A DNA stretch of 64,000 nucleotides from Paraspadella gotoi. Taxonomy: Eukaryota; Animalia; Chaetognatha. Made by a program: the position numbers and the translations under genes. Under the pieces are notes generated by a model that saw only the letters and a program-made list of their open reading frames with translations, was not told the origin of the DNA and did no database searches. Shown here one piece after another: positions 39,038-52,165 of the stretch (positions are counted from its first letter, which is position 1; the number at the start of each line of letters is the position of its first letter). Location: assembly GCA_051294375.1 (NCBI GenBank), contig CM119267.1:19154773-19218772 (forward strand). Direction: 5' to 3'.

Positions 39038-41690
39038 CTCTCTCGATAACGCTAAAAATTTTTAAAAAAGACAACCAAAAAAGTGAAAATAAAGTTTTGA
39101 TTAAAAAACGAATATAATTTAAAAATTCGGACTCGTGAATTTGAAAATGAATAATGGCTTTTTTAAAAAATGAAGGGCTGAACCCGCCGGATCCCGCTCG
39201 GATTCCCCGGGCCGGGTTCCGGGCCAACCCACGTGCTAAACTTTTTCCTACGCTTCCTCGAAAAATTGCGATTGAGAGAAATTAAACCTTTGACCCTTTG
39301 TCGATTGCCTCAATCCGTTAACTGAAACGACGGGGGAAGACGGTGATCGTTTGAGGTCGGCTCCACTTTAGGAAACTATCTAGGAAAAAAAGTTATATAA
39401 TATTCATTTCATTTATTCAATTAAAAAAGTATATAAAACATGGTTAAAACATTCTTCAATATTGGTATGCCCTTCCTCGCATCGACTACTACCATTTCAT
39501 TTGAAGTAACATTATTTTTTTGGCCTGTAACTTTTAAACAATTTAACCTACAAAAAAATGAAAGGAAGCTACTGAAAGGAAATTCAATGTTAAACCCCGG
39601 AAACATTATAATTTTTTTTAAATCAAACAAGGTTTTCAATAGAATCCTTTATTTAAAACTGTTATATACTTTTTTCTTTTCTACAAAACCTACAAAACCT
39701 ACAAATCCTCTAGTTTCCCTATATATTGAAGCTTTCCAGAGACCTGCTCTGTCATTATCTTGTAAGCAGTTGATGGAGGCCTAAACCACCAAAGCCTGTC
39801 CAAAGTCAGGGACGAGATAGCTATTTATTAAATGATGGATAATTTTTATATTGGTTGTACCAATTTCAATTATCAAACTTGTAGGGCGTTCACGAGTCCC
39901 GGGAGAAGGGGGGGTGGAACGAAAATCTTGACTCGTTTTTTTTGAACCGGGGTCAATTAAAAAATTCACTTTTTGGGTTTTTTTTTTTCTTTTTCAAACC
40001 AAATAGAGGAAAAAAACATTACGACGAAGTTTTTCTCGGTTGACAAATGAAATCTTGTGATCGGATTTCCTTCTGGTTTAATTGGCTTAAAATATCGAAC
40101 GCGTTGTCAGCCAGAAAATTTCAAAATCGATTTTTTTTTAATCTGCTTTCTTTAGCTTAGCCCAGGAAATCTTGTGAAAGATATTTCATTATCATTAAAT
40201 TGTCTCTTTCGTTTGTAGCGTCTAATAAAAGAATTCGTATCAAATATTGAAAAAAAAAAGATTTCATATATCATTATTTGCCTTATTTCCAATTAGTTCA
40301 TTATTCCGTTTATTTTTTTTTTCAAACGCAAACCACGCCAGTCATTGAAAAACATTTTAACTCCTCAAAAACTTAAGATTAATTGAGATTGACCCCGGAA
40401 CAGAGAAAGGGCACGCGTGCGCAAAACGGTTTTTTTAAAAAAGGGTCACCTACTCTCGCATCATAAAAAATAATAGAGTTTTTAGTCTCGATTGTTTCTT
40501 TAATTTTGCTTTCCTTAAAGTTATTTTTTTTACCTTCGGCAAACCGGTTTAATTAGCTTATAGAATTAAAGAAAATTAAGATTAATCGAAAAAAAAAACC
40601 GAATGAATTATAGTTTTTTCTTAAAAGAATCGTTTAAAAAAAAGAAAGACTATTTTGGATCCGACTGAACGATTTATTCCTGAAATCCAGCTTTTCTTCT
40701 CAACAATTGTTCAGTATTTCATGCCCCAGAAAATTGTTAGTTTTTGACATAGAAAAAGTATAAGTTTTAAATTTCAGTTATTTCAAGAATAACGCTGCTT
40801 CGAATGGGATAATTGGTAATTCTTGCCGGTGACGAGGGAAATTTATAAATTTTTTGAGCATTTTTCAAAAGAATAATATATTTTGAAACCTTTTCTCCCG
40901 ATATATTTTGCGTTTCAATTTGGCCCCAAGCTTAAACAGGATGCTCTTGATCAAAGAAAAAGAAATAGGCCAAAATTGGAATGTTTAAAGAGTCTATCTC
41001 TTTCTCTCCCTCTCAGGATTTTGTTGTTGTCTTTTTTTTTCTCTTGTCTGGAGTTTATCCTAAATGCCGTTTGCGATTGGTCATCAGCTGTGTTTTGAAA
41101 ACAACGAATCTGAGTTAACTCCAGTGGACGCGATTCGAAAACGAGAAAGATTTATAAACTAGAATAATATCATTTAATCGATTTTAAATTAAATTTGAAT
41201 TTAAAATCAATCGATTTTCTTTCATGTCAATTTACCCCAAAAAAGCGGTGCCCCAGGTTGAGGCTCGAACTCACAACCTCCGCATAACTCGGTTTTCGCC
41301 TATACGCTGTATAATTACGGCGCGCTAAACGATGCGCCACTGGAGCCCTTATTTGGGTTAGTAAGTAACAAATTTTACTGAAGATTAGCTGAACTGATAT
41401 AACATTAATCTGATTAATTTTTTACTCTAATTTTGTTAATCCAATTAAATTCCACTTTAATTTGAAATTATTCTTGTAAGCGGTCAATTTACTTTAAGTT
41501 TCGCGCAACTCATGTTTTTTTTATCAATTTTTCATTCGAAAACAATTTTTGTCTGTTACTCATCGATGAGTTATGCTTTTAAAATGTTCACAAATCCTTT
41601 TAACGCCAACAAGTGTTCATTTGTATTCGTATCACAAAATGGAAATTCTCAATTTGACTCATCTTTTGACTCATCTATTTTTTTTTCATT
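38900..41690 (+). repeat. Direct copy of about 20500-23058, including the tRNA-Ile gene
   Basis: Collinear near-identity, for example gaacccgccggatccc (20810/39180) and gaccccggaacagagaaagggcacgcgtgcg (21994/40391). Confidence 0.95.
41249..41346 (-). tRNA. tRNA-Ile-TAT: Second copy of the intron-containing tRNA-Ile(TAT) with several substitutions and indels
   Basis: Same body and flanks as 22825-22922, inside duplicated block 38900-41690. The changes in the acceptor, D and anticodon arms look like long-read errors. Confidence 0.75.
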
Positions 41691-41801
41691 CTTCAGGATA
41701 TCGTCTATTCTTCTTCCCGGATTTTTTTTTTATTATACCGAAATAATTTTTCTATTTAAAACAAAGCTGAATCTTTTATGGACCACTCTCTCTCCTCTCT
41801 C

Positions 41802-41880
<79 letters not shown>

Positions 41881-42137
41881 CATTCTCACCTTTTTTTTCC
41901 CTTCGTGCGTGGCCGGGCGTGTCATCTTCGTCGTCGTCGTTCGTCGTCTCGTCGTCGTCGTCGTCGTCGGTCGGTTTCTCGATAAACTAGACTGCGAATT
42001 TGTGAATTTTCGACCGAATCGAAAAATGTGGAACGCGGAATCGCGAGCAACTTCAACGAATCGCGAAACTTTCACGAAAACCAAGAAATTCCCATCTTTC
42101 CATCTTTCGATCCCGTTTCGGGAAAATCTCGATCCAG

Positions 42138-42251
42138 CCGGCGATAGGGCTTACCCACCCGAAGGCCTTACCCCGCCGCGGAGCAGAGTCGGTCCCCGTC
42201 GCAGCTTCTCAGGAAAATGCACGGACCGTTGCAGATAGCAAGGACGGCGAG
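42138..42251 (+). CDS. Candidate symmetric phase-0 exon, 114 nt: PAIGLTHPKALPRRGAESVPVAASQENARTVADSKDGE
   Basis: GC-rich island with gatccAG acceptor after an AG-free pyrimidine-rich stretch and gag|GTGACC donor. Phase 0 fits exon D. Both splice sites are only moderate. An inverted copy lies at about 27788-27901 and a noisy same-strand copy at about 28544-28649. Confidence 0.3.
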
Positions 42252-42625
42252 GTGACCGATCGGACCCTGTGCCACTAGCAGGCCAGTTGGACAACTTCAG
42301 TCTCTCATCGAGTTAATTAAATCGGAATTAGGAACTTTTTTTGAGCGTTTTGTAAGTCAGGTCATCGACTGTTATTTATTTTAAACTATTAATCCTCCAA
42401 TTTTTTAATAAAAAAAATCTACTGGTCACTTATGTTCCAGAATAACCAAATCATTGACCCCAATCTTTAAGGAATTATGATCATCGTTAATTCAATATCT
42501 GTTTTATATTGAATTAACGAGAGATCAATGATTCTTTTGATTATTATAGTTGCCATTTAATTATCGCCTTTTGTGTAATCCAAACCCTTTATAATTGAAA
42601 ATAAGTTGATAACCAAGCTCTTCCC

Positions 42626-42689
<64 letters not shown>

Positions 42690-45600
42690 CTCTCTCGTCT
42701 CTCTCTCGCTCACTCACTCACACACGCACACATCACGAGAACCAGACAGCTTCAATTTCCTTCGCCATTCTATTTTTGCTGTCTTTTTTTCTCTGTCTGC
42801 CTCCCTTTTTCTTTCATTTTTTCTCATATCTGCCGATGAATTGTTGTATAAGGATAGAGTTAATGTGTGTATCATGTACGGATACGTTAATTTTAAAACC
42901 GCCAAGGAGTAATTGATTGAAATGTAATGAAGTCCGCTACAATGTAAACAACAAATTTTGATAGTGCATTTGGATGTTTGAAAAAAAAAAGTGTGCGTGC
43001 CATTAAGCGAGTATTGCAGCAAACAAAAAAGCATCGGTTGTGCATTAAGTTGAAAGTCGTAAAAAAAGGGATGAGAAAGTTCACGGGTGGTTGGCGCCGT
43101 TTAGGAGGGGGTGCGGCAGAGAATCGAGGCTGACATTATCCACTTTTTCCACTGGATGACAGCTCGCGAATTCGAAACAAAAGATTCGATTTTTCTCCGG
43201 GATTTTTTTCCTACCGCCCCTTCCCTCCTTGTTTTTTCTACCCGCGCNNNNNNNNNNNNNNNNNNNNNNNNNCCCAACTACCTCTCCCCCTAAATTTTTT
43301 TCGCTCCTGTTTGTCGGATCGAAGTTTGTCGGTGGCGACTGGGAGATGGCGTAGGATTGAGAGTAAGGTCCTGAGCTGCCGTGGAGTCGAAGGGTGAGGC
43401 AAAGGAGTGAGTTTGGCTTTTGCTAAAAGGGTTTGGTGTTATTGCAGCGTTTATCGCGTTCAAATATTCTTTCCAATGTACGGACTAAATGAGCTAACAA
43501 ATGCCTGAAATGTAAGGATTAGGGATTAGAGACGTATTTGAAATATAATCAGCAATAATTGAATAATTAAATTAATAATGACATTNNNNNNNNNNCGTAT
43601 TTTAAATATAATCAGCAATAATTGAATAATTAATAATGACATTAAAGAAGTCAACGATTTCACAATAATTGAGAATTGTTAACGAAGAAAAAATAGGTTT
43701 CTTGGTTGTGTGACCGTCCGCTGCAATGTTTCATTTACCTTTCATAAACAATTTTAAAAATCCTCATTTTAAAAATCATGGCAAAGATTTCATTACGCCG
43801 GTTCACGGCACCTCGGCGAGACTTTCACGCCGGTTCAGCGAAAAATTCCAGAGGAGTTCAGGGAGACTTTTGTGAGACTAAAGTGAAACTCGGGTGAGAC
43901 TTCTGCCTCATCAACTCGATTCACTCTTTTTTTTTTTCTTCCTCTCTAATTTCCCAGTCGGATTTTCTTGAAAACTTAATCTTCTCAGGAATTTTGTCAA
44001 GTCAATTTTGTTTTCAAAAGCATTTGAATGGATTGTAATTTGCTTTCTTTTTTTTTTCTCAAGTTTTTGCTTCTTTCTCTCGATCAGGATGCGATCCGTT
44101 GACCTCTTGACCTCTGATCCACTTGACGCAATCAATTTATTTTTTCGGGGCGAAATTAACATTTACATTTGAATGCTTTTCTTCAACACTTCCTCTTATT
44201 CTTCGAAGAAAAAAAAAGGAATTCGCTTTGGCTCTACATAGACTCGTCGCTTTAGTCTTTACTTACCCAAACTTGTCTCTTTACTTACCTAAACTTCGCT
44301 CTTGTCTCTTCGCAATCCACCGGGGATGAACGCCTTAACTTTTCCTCTGCCAAAATCGATTCTTATTTTCTTTTTTTTTCTTCGTCGGGATTACGAACTT
44401 TTTTTTTCAGCTTAGAGCGAAAAAGCACAAGGTCTGCGAATACTTTTAAGAGCATTTAAATGTATATAATATATAATATATGTATATAATATAATGCGTA
44501 CATTTTTAAATTGATTTTTTGCTTGTTCGCTATCACGATTTGATTTATTTTAAACCACCGCCAAAATTCAGTAAACGCCTTACATATTCATTTTTGTCTT
44601 TTTTCTCCTCATGATTATTTTGCATAATTTTCTAGTCCCTTCTTTTTGGATTGATTACATTTTGTTTGCGTCTGCGTCTCTGTCTGATTGAATATTTAAT
44701 AAATATTTTTTAAATATCTTTCTATCTTTCGTACTTTCTGTAGAAAACCGACGACACTAAAAATTCATTTATGTTCTTTTCTCGTCAAATCCATTTTCTT
44801 TTCTTAATTTGCTTATTGTCTGTTGTTTTTTATTTTCCTAGAAGATGAAAAAATCCCTGAACGAATTGAATAAAAAAAAAATTCGGCTCTTTTCAGATTT
44901 GGCTAAATGAGTTGGAAGAGCGAGAGAGAGAGAGAGCGAGAGAGAGAGTGAGAGAAAGAGAGAGAGAGCTTTTTTTTCTTGATTTTTTGAAGCAAAAGAG
45001 ATTCTTGTTCTTGGTCGTAAGCGTTATTTAATTCTTTAAAGTTTTTCAGCTTTTTCCACCAAAAAATTGGAAAACAAAAAAAAAAGAAAATATTTTATTT
45101 TTATTTTTTGTTTAAAAAAATAGATTTTTAGCAACCGGTTTTTTTTTACTTTTTTATAGCATTTTTCTCCCTTTTTGGCGCCGATGCCGATGCGTCCGAA
45201 TTCCATTAATACATTTTGCAAATAACCCAATAGCGCAATAGCACAATCTGTTATTTTTAAAACACATAAAACTACTCTTATGGTGGTTTACAAATGGAAC
45301 AGACTCCATTACCTTTTTTTCGNNNNNNNNNNGGTTTACAAATGGAACTGACTCCATTACTTTTTTCCCCGACTCTTTTTTTCTATATATATTATATTTT
45401 ATAAAATCCAATTTTTTTCTCTCAAACAATCGAATTCCATCATCAAAATTTACAATCTCTTTGCTACTTTTGATTTTTTTTTAAATTTTATTCGCGATTT
45501 AGTGTAATTTTGAAATAATTAAATCGCAAAAGGACGGAATCCGTTTCCAATCAACGCACAATCCGTCGAGAGCAACAATGAAAACCGCTTCAAAACTGAC

Positions 45601-45760
45601 ATCCAAATCGAATAAAATGACATAAAAAAAGGAATAAATAAAGTCGATAATAAGAAAGCTCTCTCTTCCCCCCCCCCCTCGCCTCCCTCTCAAGAAAAAA
45701 AGAAAGGAGAGAGAGATGAAAGAGAGAGAGAGAGAGAGAGAGATTTAAGAGATAGGAGAG

Positions 45761-45800
<40 letters not shown>

Positions 45801-47229
45801 CGAGAGAGAGAGAGAGAGAGAGAATCGAATCTCTTTTCGCCTGACGTCAGAATCTCCCGCCCGCCGAGGACAACAACGACCACAATAACAACAACTCAAA
45901 CAAAAAAGATAAATAACTCGAACAAAAAAACTGGGAAAAATAAAAAAAAGAAACAATAAAAAAAAAACCCGAAGTTGAACTCCAAAACAAAGGAGTGAAT
46001 CGACGGCGAAACATCGTTTTCCAAAACGAACTGGACTCAGACGTCGTTTGTTTTCTCGGGTTTTTTACTTATTTTGTTGTTGTTGTTTTTTTTTGTTTTT
46101 TTTTGTGTGTTTTGTTTGTCTTCCTCCGTTTTCCCCGATGACGATGGAAAAAGAAAAAAGTTGGTTTTGGAAGAAGAAACCGAAAAAGTTGATTTCGGTG
46201 ACGTCGTGGAGTCGGAAAGTATTTTACGTAAGTCAATACTCAAAATTTGCTTATATGCAATTTATATATATATATATTTATTTATTGCGTTTACTTAAAT
46301 TTAGCAGTTTTTTGAAAAGCTAATCATATCTTTGATAGAAGGAAAGTGTACTACCAACTCCTTGCTGTAGAGATGAGATTTTTTTTACACTTAATTCTAC
46401 ACAAGGTCTTACAGAGAAACCTCTTTTTTTTTTGGAGGTTCGATTCTTGTTGTTATCCGACAAGAAAACCGCCAAGGGTCGCGACGTCTCCGAATTTCTT
46501 TTTCCGCGTTTTTTTTTCTTTTTTCTTCTTTTTTTGTTCTCCTTTCATTTTGTTCATTCCATTGGTTTCTGCTTAAACTTGGCAACCGAGAGAACGACCG
46601 CTGTTTATTTTTTTTTACGAAACTAAACATAAACAAAACAAAAATAGAATGAAGGAAGAGAAAATTTGGTATTAAGTTAGATTAATTAATCAAATTATTG
46701 TTATTTTTATTGTGCACAAGCGTAGTCTGATTATGCGGCGTGAGTGTTATTAAACCCGAGATGCAGTTGTTTCGAAACGAAATTGCACCCATCTGGTTGT
46801 GCTTTTCATCTTTTTGAGGGTCATTGGAAGGCTGGAAGAGCTTACTTCACAACCGCTGGTGTTTACATAAGCTAAATAAATGTAAAGTAAAATAATTGAT
46901 TTTTTTTTAAGTATCGCTTATAAATTATCGATAAAAAGGATAACTTATCTTTGNNNNNNNNNNNNNNNNNNNNNNNNNNNNNNNNNNNNNNNNNNNNNNN
47001 NNNNNNNNNNNNNNNNNNNNNNNNNNNNNNNNNNNNNNNNNNNNNNNNNNNNNNNNNNNNNNNNNNNNNNNNNNNNNNNNNNNNNNNNNNNNNNNNNNNN
47101 NNNNNNNNNNNNNNNNNNNNNNNNNNNNNNNNNNNNNNNNNNNNNNNNNNNNNNNNNNNNNNNNNNNNNNNNNNNNNNNNNNNNNNNNNNNNNNNNNNNN
47201 NNNNNNNNNNNNNNNNNNNNNNNNNNNNN

Positions 47230-47338
47230 CTTCGCCGGAAGTGGCGTCGGAGGTGGCGTCGCCGGCGTCGCCCGTCACTCTCACGTCCTACACGTCGTCG
47301 TCGTACTCGTCGTCGTCGTCGTCGACGTTGGCGAAGGA

Positions 47339-47379
<41 letters not shown>

Positions 47380-47422
47380 TCTCCGACAACGAACCGAGGT
47401 CGACGAAGACGAAGACGAGAGG
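47230..47422 (+). CDS. Probable coding exon with its 5' end hidden in the N gap: SPEVASEVASPASPVTLTSYTSSSYSSSSSSTLAKE-polyT-ISDNEPRSTKTKTR(G)
   Basis: GC-rich, with the same S/T/P/A composition and TCG/ACG/CCG codon use as exons A and C. Consensus donor agg|GTGAGT at 47423. The acceptor is not visible. Confidence 0.6.
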
Positions 47423-48166
47423 GTGAGTTCGTCTGGGTTGCGATGGTGAGGTGATGGGGCGATGGGGAATTCAGTGATGGAGTCGCCGTTCTCGCGTTCA
47501 AACAAAAGACACTTATAAGCATTCGCCGTCTCTTAAGCATCTCGCTGTGGTAGTTGATGTTTCTATGGTTCTTCGAACTTCGTAAAAGTCGTATTTATTA
47601 TTATTATATCATATAAGACCGTGTTTATCGATAGTTAATTTGGAAAAAAATCTTTAAATCGATATCCATTCAATCTGCCATCTCTCTTTCTCAAAAAAAT
47701 CGAACCATAAAAAAAAGGGGGAAAAAAACTCCGAATTAAATTCCCCCTTTTTTTTCGTCAATAAAATTCTAAAAGGATAAAATTCCCTCGCGACTTAATT
47801 TTTTTTCTCTCTTTACTTCTGACGTCATTAATTCCCTATTCGCCGCCTCCGCCCCCCCCCTTTTAGTCTATCGATGGATGGGAGAGATAATCCAACCCTA
47901 TCGCAGTCGCATCACGTCATTCCGCTTTTCTTTTCTATTTTCCAAACACTTTTAATATTTTTTTAATAGTATCGGTTCTCCCTTTTTATCGCCGCTCGGA
48001 TCCCGTTCTCCCTCGCCTTTCCTTTTGAAACCGTTTCTTCTTTCTGTCTCTTGTCTGGGTAAACAGTCTCTCAGACACGCTCTCTCTCTCTCTCTCTCTC
48101 TCAAGAGAGTAGATAGGCACGTATCCTTATTCTCCTCAAACTGTTGGGTGTTGGACGAAAACTTTG

Positions 48167-48199
<33 letters not shown>

Positions 48200-48205
48200 T
48201 TCTCG

Positions 48206-48238
<33 letters not shown>

Positions 48239-48272
48239 TCTCTAATCTCTTCTCTCTCTCTCTCTCTCTCTC

Positions 48273-48310
<38 letters not shown>

Positions 48311-48428
48311 CGTATATGTATAATGTCCTCTCACTCCTCTCTCTTATTTTAGCTTCTTTTCTGATTACTTTCTACTTCTGATATCGCTTTATTTAGTATT
48401 TTATTAACTGAAGTTTTAATTTGTTAGA

Positions 48429-48461
<33 letters not shown>

Positions 48462-48487
48462 TGAGGAGAGAAGAAGATAGAGGAGAG

Positions 48488-48538
<51 letters not shown>

Positions 48539-49284
48539 TTANNNNNNNNNNNNNNNNNNNNNNNNNGAAAGAGATAGTTCGCAAGCAAAATCGAAAATGA
48601 CATTGTTCATTCAAGGAGTGAGAAAAAAGATTTCCTCGTGATTTCCTTCCGAATCATCGTGAGCCCCGAAGGCCTAAAGGTTCGACGGGCTCGTCTTCCC
48701 CTGACGTAACCTGGGACGGCCTCTGTATCGGATTTCGGCCCCAACGGGGCTTTCGTCCTGCCCGATTTCGAACTGCGCCGTTGTCTTAATTTGGGAGGTG
48801 AGAAAATTAAGTTGTTTTTGTAAAATTGTGATTTAAATAAAAAGACGTGCACGAGATTCGGATTCGCTTTTCAAGTTTCGTCGTTGTCATCGTCGTCATC
48901 GTGGTCATCGTCGTCATCGTCGTCGTCGTCGTCTTCTTTGTTTATATTTGCGTCAGCGTCGTTGTTATAAATTGACTTATCGAAACGACGTTGCCACGCT
49001 ATGTTACCTACTGCCATGCCTTCCCATGCCATGCCTCGTTCCGACTCGTGGCCAGAAATCTGAAGTGACGATCGAGGAAAAATGACTCTGCCCTCATGTG
49101 ATTTTAATTGATTAATAATAATATTAAGCTAAATTAACTAATGAAACGATTAACTCGACTCAACACACTTGGGGGCAGAAGGGACACCACGTGGCGCCAA
49201 TTTGAAGCCGCCATCTCTCTCCGTCAAAGGGTATGTTTGTCCTTCCCATTACGGGCGCCGAGGACGCCGCTTATCGGCGCCGCC

Positions 49285-49442
<158 letters not shown>

Positions 49443-49693
49443 GCGGTCATTGGGGCCGGATTCCCGGTTATCGGCAAAGTCGTTAGCCTCATAAATCCTC
49501 GCCGCCCACTGACTCCCCCCCCCCGTCGGCGGACGATAGCGACTGCGGAGTCCAAACGTCTTTTAATCCTTTTCTTTATGGAATCTCATTAATTCTTTCT
49601 TCTTTCTTGCTTGCTGGCTTTCTTTCTTTCTGGATTTTTTTTCTTTCTTTCTACATATCTTTCTTTTTTGGTTTCTTTCTTTTTTCTTTGTTC

Positions 49694-49731
<38 letters not shown>

Positions 49732-50162
49732 CTCTCCCTTTCTTTCTTTCTCTCTCCCTTTTTTTCTTTCTCTCTCTTTCTTTCTTTTCTTCTATCTTTC
49801 TTTCAATTTCTCTTTCTTTTTCTCCATCGACTCACTCTTCTTTTATCCCCATCACCTTCCCTTCTCCATCACCCTCGCTGCCCCATCGCAACATCACCGC
49901 CAGCTAATCTCACTTGCTCCGTCACCGAGACAAGAATAACTTTTGGTCCTTGTTTACTCTCTTTCGCCTTCGGGACAAAGAAAACTATTATTTCACTTTA
50001 GCCGGTCACGACGACGACGACGACGACGACGATGAAGACGACGACGATGTCAGAGTAAATGAAGTAAAACTAATGACAAATACAGACAAATATGTAGGAT
50101 CGACAACAAAATATTTTAAACAAAGTTATTAATATAAGTTTAATCGGAGAAGAAAATTAAAA

Positions 50163-50191
50163 AAGAAAGAAAGAAAGAAAGAAAGAAAGAG

Positions 50192-50262
<71 letters not shown>

Positions 50263-50265
50263 AAT
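50163..50265 (+). repeat. (GAAA)n tetranucleotide repeat, facing a (CTTT)n-rich tract at about 49600-49820
   Basis: Seen directly in the sequence. Confidence 0.9.
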
Positions 50266-51095
50266 ATAGATAATTTTTATCATTCCTCATTCTGTCGAAT
50301 TGAAATCGCTTCAATCTCGTCGCGAGATTCTCGATCGAATCGGTCGACGACACCAGCTGTGGAATTTTCGCGAGAGTGAGTTTGATTTACGAAGGTGAGG
50401 CGATTAAAGGGAGGGTAGGGCCTCGGTTCGGATTACCGATTAAGATAGGGTTATTTTTTTCAGTAATCCTGTTATGATATTTGGTATCGTTACTTCATTT
50501 TCTACAGTGGAGATAATGTTTAACTTAAGTAAGTACAGCATTTAGAACAAAGTTTCGCCGACAACCCCACGAGGCGGATCCACCTTGAGGCCGCGGGAGG
50601 CTGAACTCACCCCGAGATCCAAGGGTGTGGTCGGTCGGTCGGTAAGAGAAACGAAGAAAAAAACAGCAAACAAAAACGAATAAGTATCTCTTTAAAAATT
50701 AGTTGCAAATTATCTTTTATCCAGGTTTTAAATCTTATATATTAGGATCTTAAAACATCTGCTGTACAGCAGATTACGAGCTCTTATACTTCACTAGTGC
50801 TCGGTCCGTCGGATCAGAACAATCGATTGGATGGAATCATCCAAGTGAAATGAGTAAAATGGAAAAAAATATCTTTCACTATTTGATTATGCTTTTTTTA
50901 TTTTTTATATTAATGTAAATTCAAGCTCTAATAATTAAGTTATTAATAAATAAGTAATTAATTAATTATTCAATTATTATGTAATTAATTAGATTAATTT
51001 TTTGTGATTGAGAGTTGTTGTTTTGTGATTGAGCAGGCGAGACAAAGTGCGAAAACGATTTTGACACGAACTAAAAAATTAAATTGTAATTATTT

Positions 51096-52165
51096 AATGA
51101 AAGTTGGTACAACAATATAAAAATTATCCATTCGATTTATTAAATAAGCTATCTTGCGCCGCTGACTTGGACAAGGCGTTTGAGTGGTTCATAAGCCTCG
51201 CATGCCACTCTTACAAGAATAATGACATAGCAGGTCCCTGCAAGCTTTCAATCCAAGACTCTCTCCAGTCTCCGTTTATTCAACAGATCCAGAGTACCAT
51301 GGCTTCCCCTAACAAGAAGTGGAAAATATTTCAAAGAATGTCTTCAATTGTATAGAAAAGACCACTCCTTAAGTATTAGACTCGGGGAATACTTATTGTA
51401 GCTCCGCACATAAGCAATCAAAAGATACAGAGGGCTGAATTTTAAGCGAAATTGGTACAACCAATATAAAATTATCCCATTCATTTAATAAATAAAGCTA
51501 TCTTTGCCCCCTGACTTTGGACAGGCTTTGGTGGTTAAGCCATCGCATCATCTTACAAGCATAATGACGATAGCAGGTCCGAGCAAGGCTTTCAATCAAG
51601 ACTCGTCTCACAGTCCTGCGTTCGATTCAGCTCCCAGAGTACACTGCTTCGCGCTATCAAGTGAAGTGGAAAATTTCAAGAGAATGGTTTCAAATTGGGT
51701 ATGAAAAGACCACTCCTTAAGTATTGAGATCCGCGGAATGAGCTTATTGTACGCTCCGCGCACTAGCATCAAAATACATAAGGAGCTGAATTTTATGAAA
51801 TATGGTTACAACGAATCAATGAAATAAAAATTATCATGTCATCCTTAATAACATAACTATCTTGCCCTGACTTTGGACAGGCTTTGGTGGTTTAAGGGCT
51901 CCATTCATCTTACAAGATAATGACATAGCAGGTCCTGCAAGCTTTAACTGCAGACTCCTCTCACAGTCTCGTTTATCGTCATCTCCAGAGTACCTGGCTT
52001 TCCCTTATCAAATGAAGTGGAAATATTTCAAAGAATGTTTCAATTGTAGAAAGAACCACCTCCCTCTAAGTATTAGATGGGGAAAACTTCTTGTATCTCC
52101 GCACTGGCAAGTCAAAATACACAGGAGCTGATTTTATGAAATTGGTACAGACCAAATATACATTG
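51096..52165 (+). repeat. Tandem array of about three 345-bp units belonging to a dispersed repeat family
   Basis: The unit start ttggtacaac(c)aatataaaa(a)ttatcc recurs at about 51104, 51452, 51801 and 52142. Shared internal anchors are gactttggacaggctttggtgg, aagtggaaaat and ccactccttaagtatt. Confidence 0.85.

Noticed and set aside
22825-41346. A cluster of three tRNA-Ile genes
   Set aside because: All three lie in duplicated images of the same flanking sequence, so they most likely represent one locus.
46872-47540. Poly-Arg ORFs on both strands
   Set aside because: They are shadow frames of (GAC)/(GTC) repeats within the S/T-rich exon candidate.
48620-48800. GC-rich patch with a small hairpin (gagccc...gggctc, 48661-48692) and a gag|GTGAGA donor
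   Set aside because: There is no convincing acceptor or phase-compatible open frame, and the hairpin is short and imperfect.
51096-52165. Regularly spaced repeats as a CRISPR-like array
   Set aside because: The whole 345-bp unit repeats with no unique spacers, there are no cas genes, and the context is eukaryotic.
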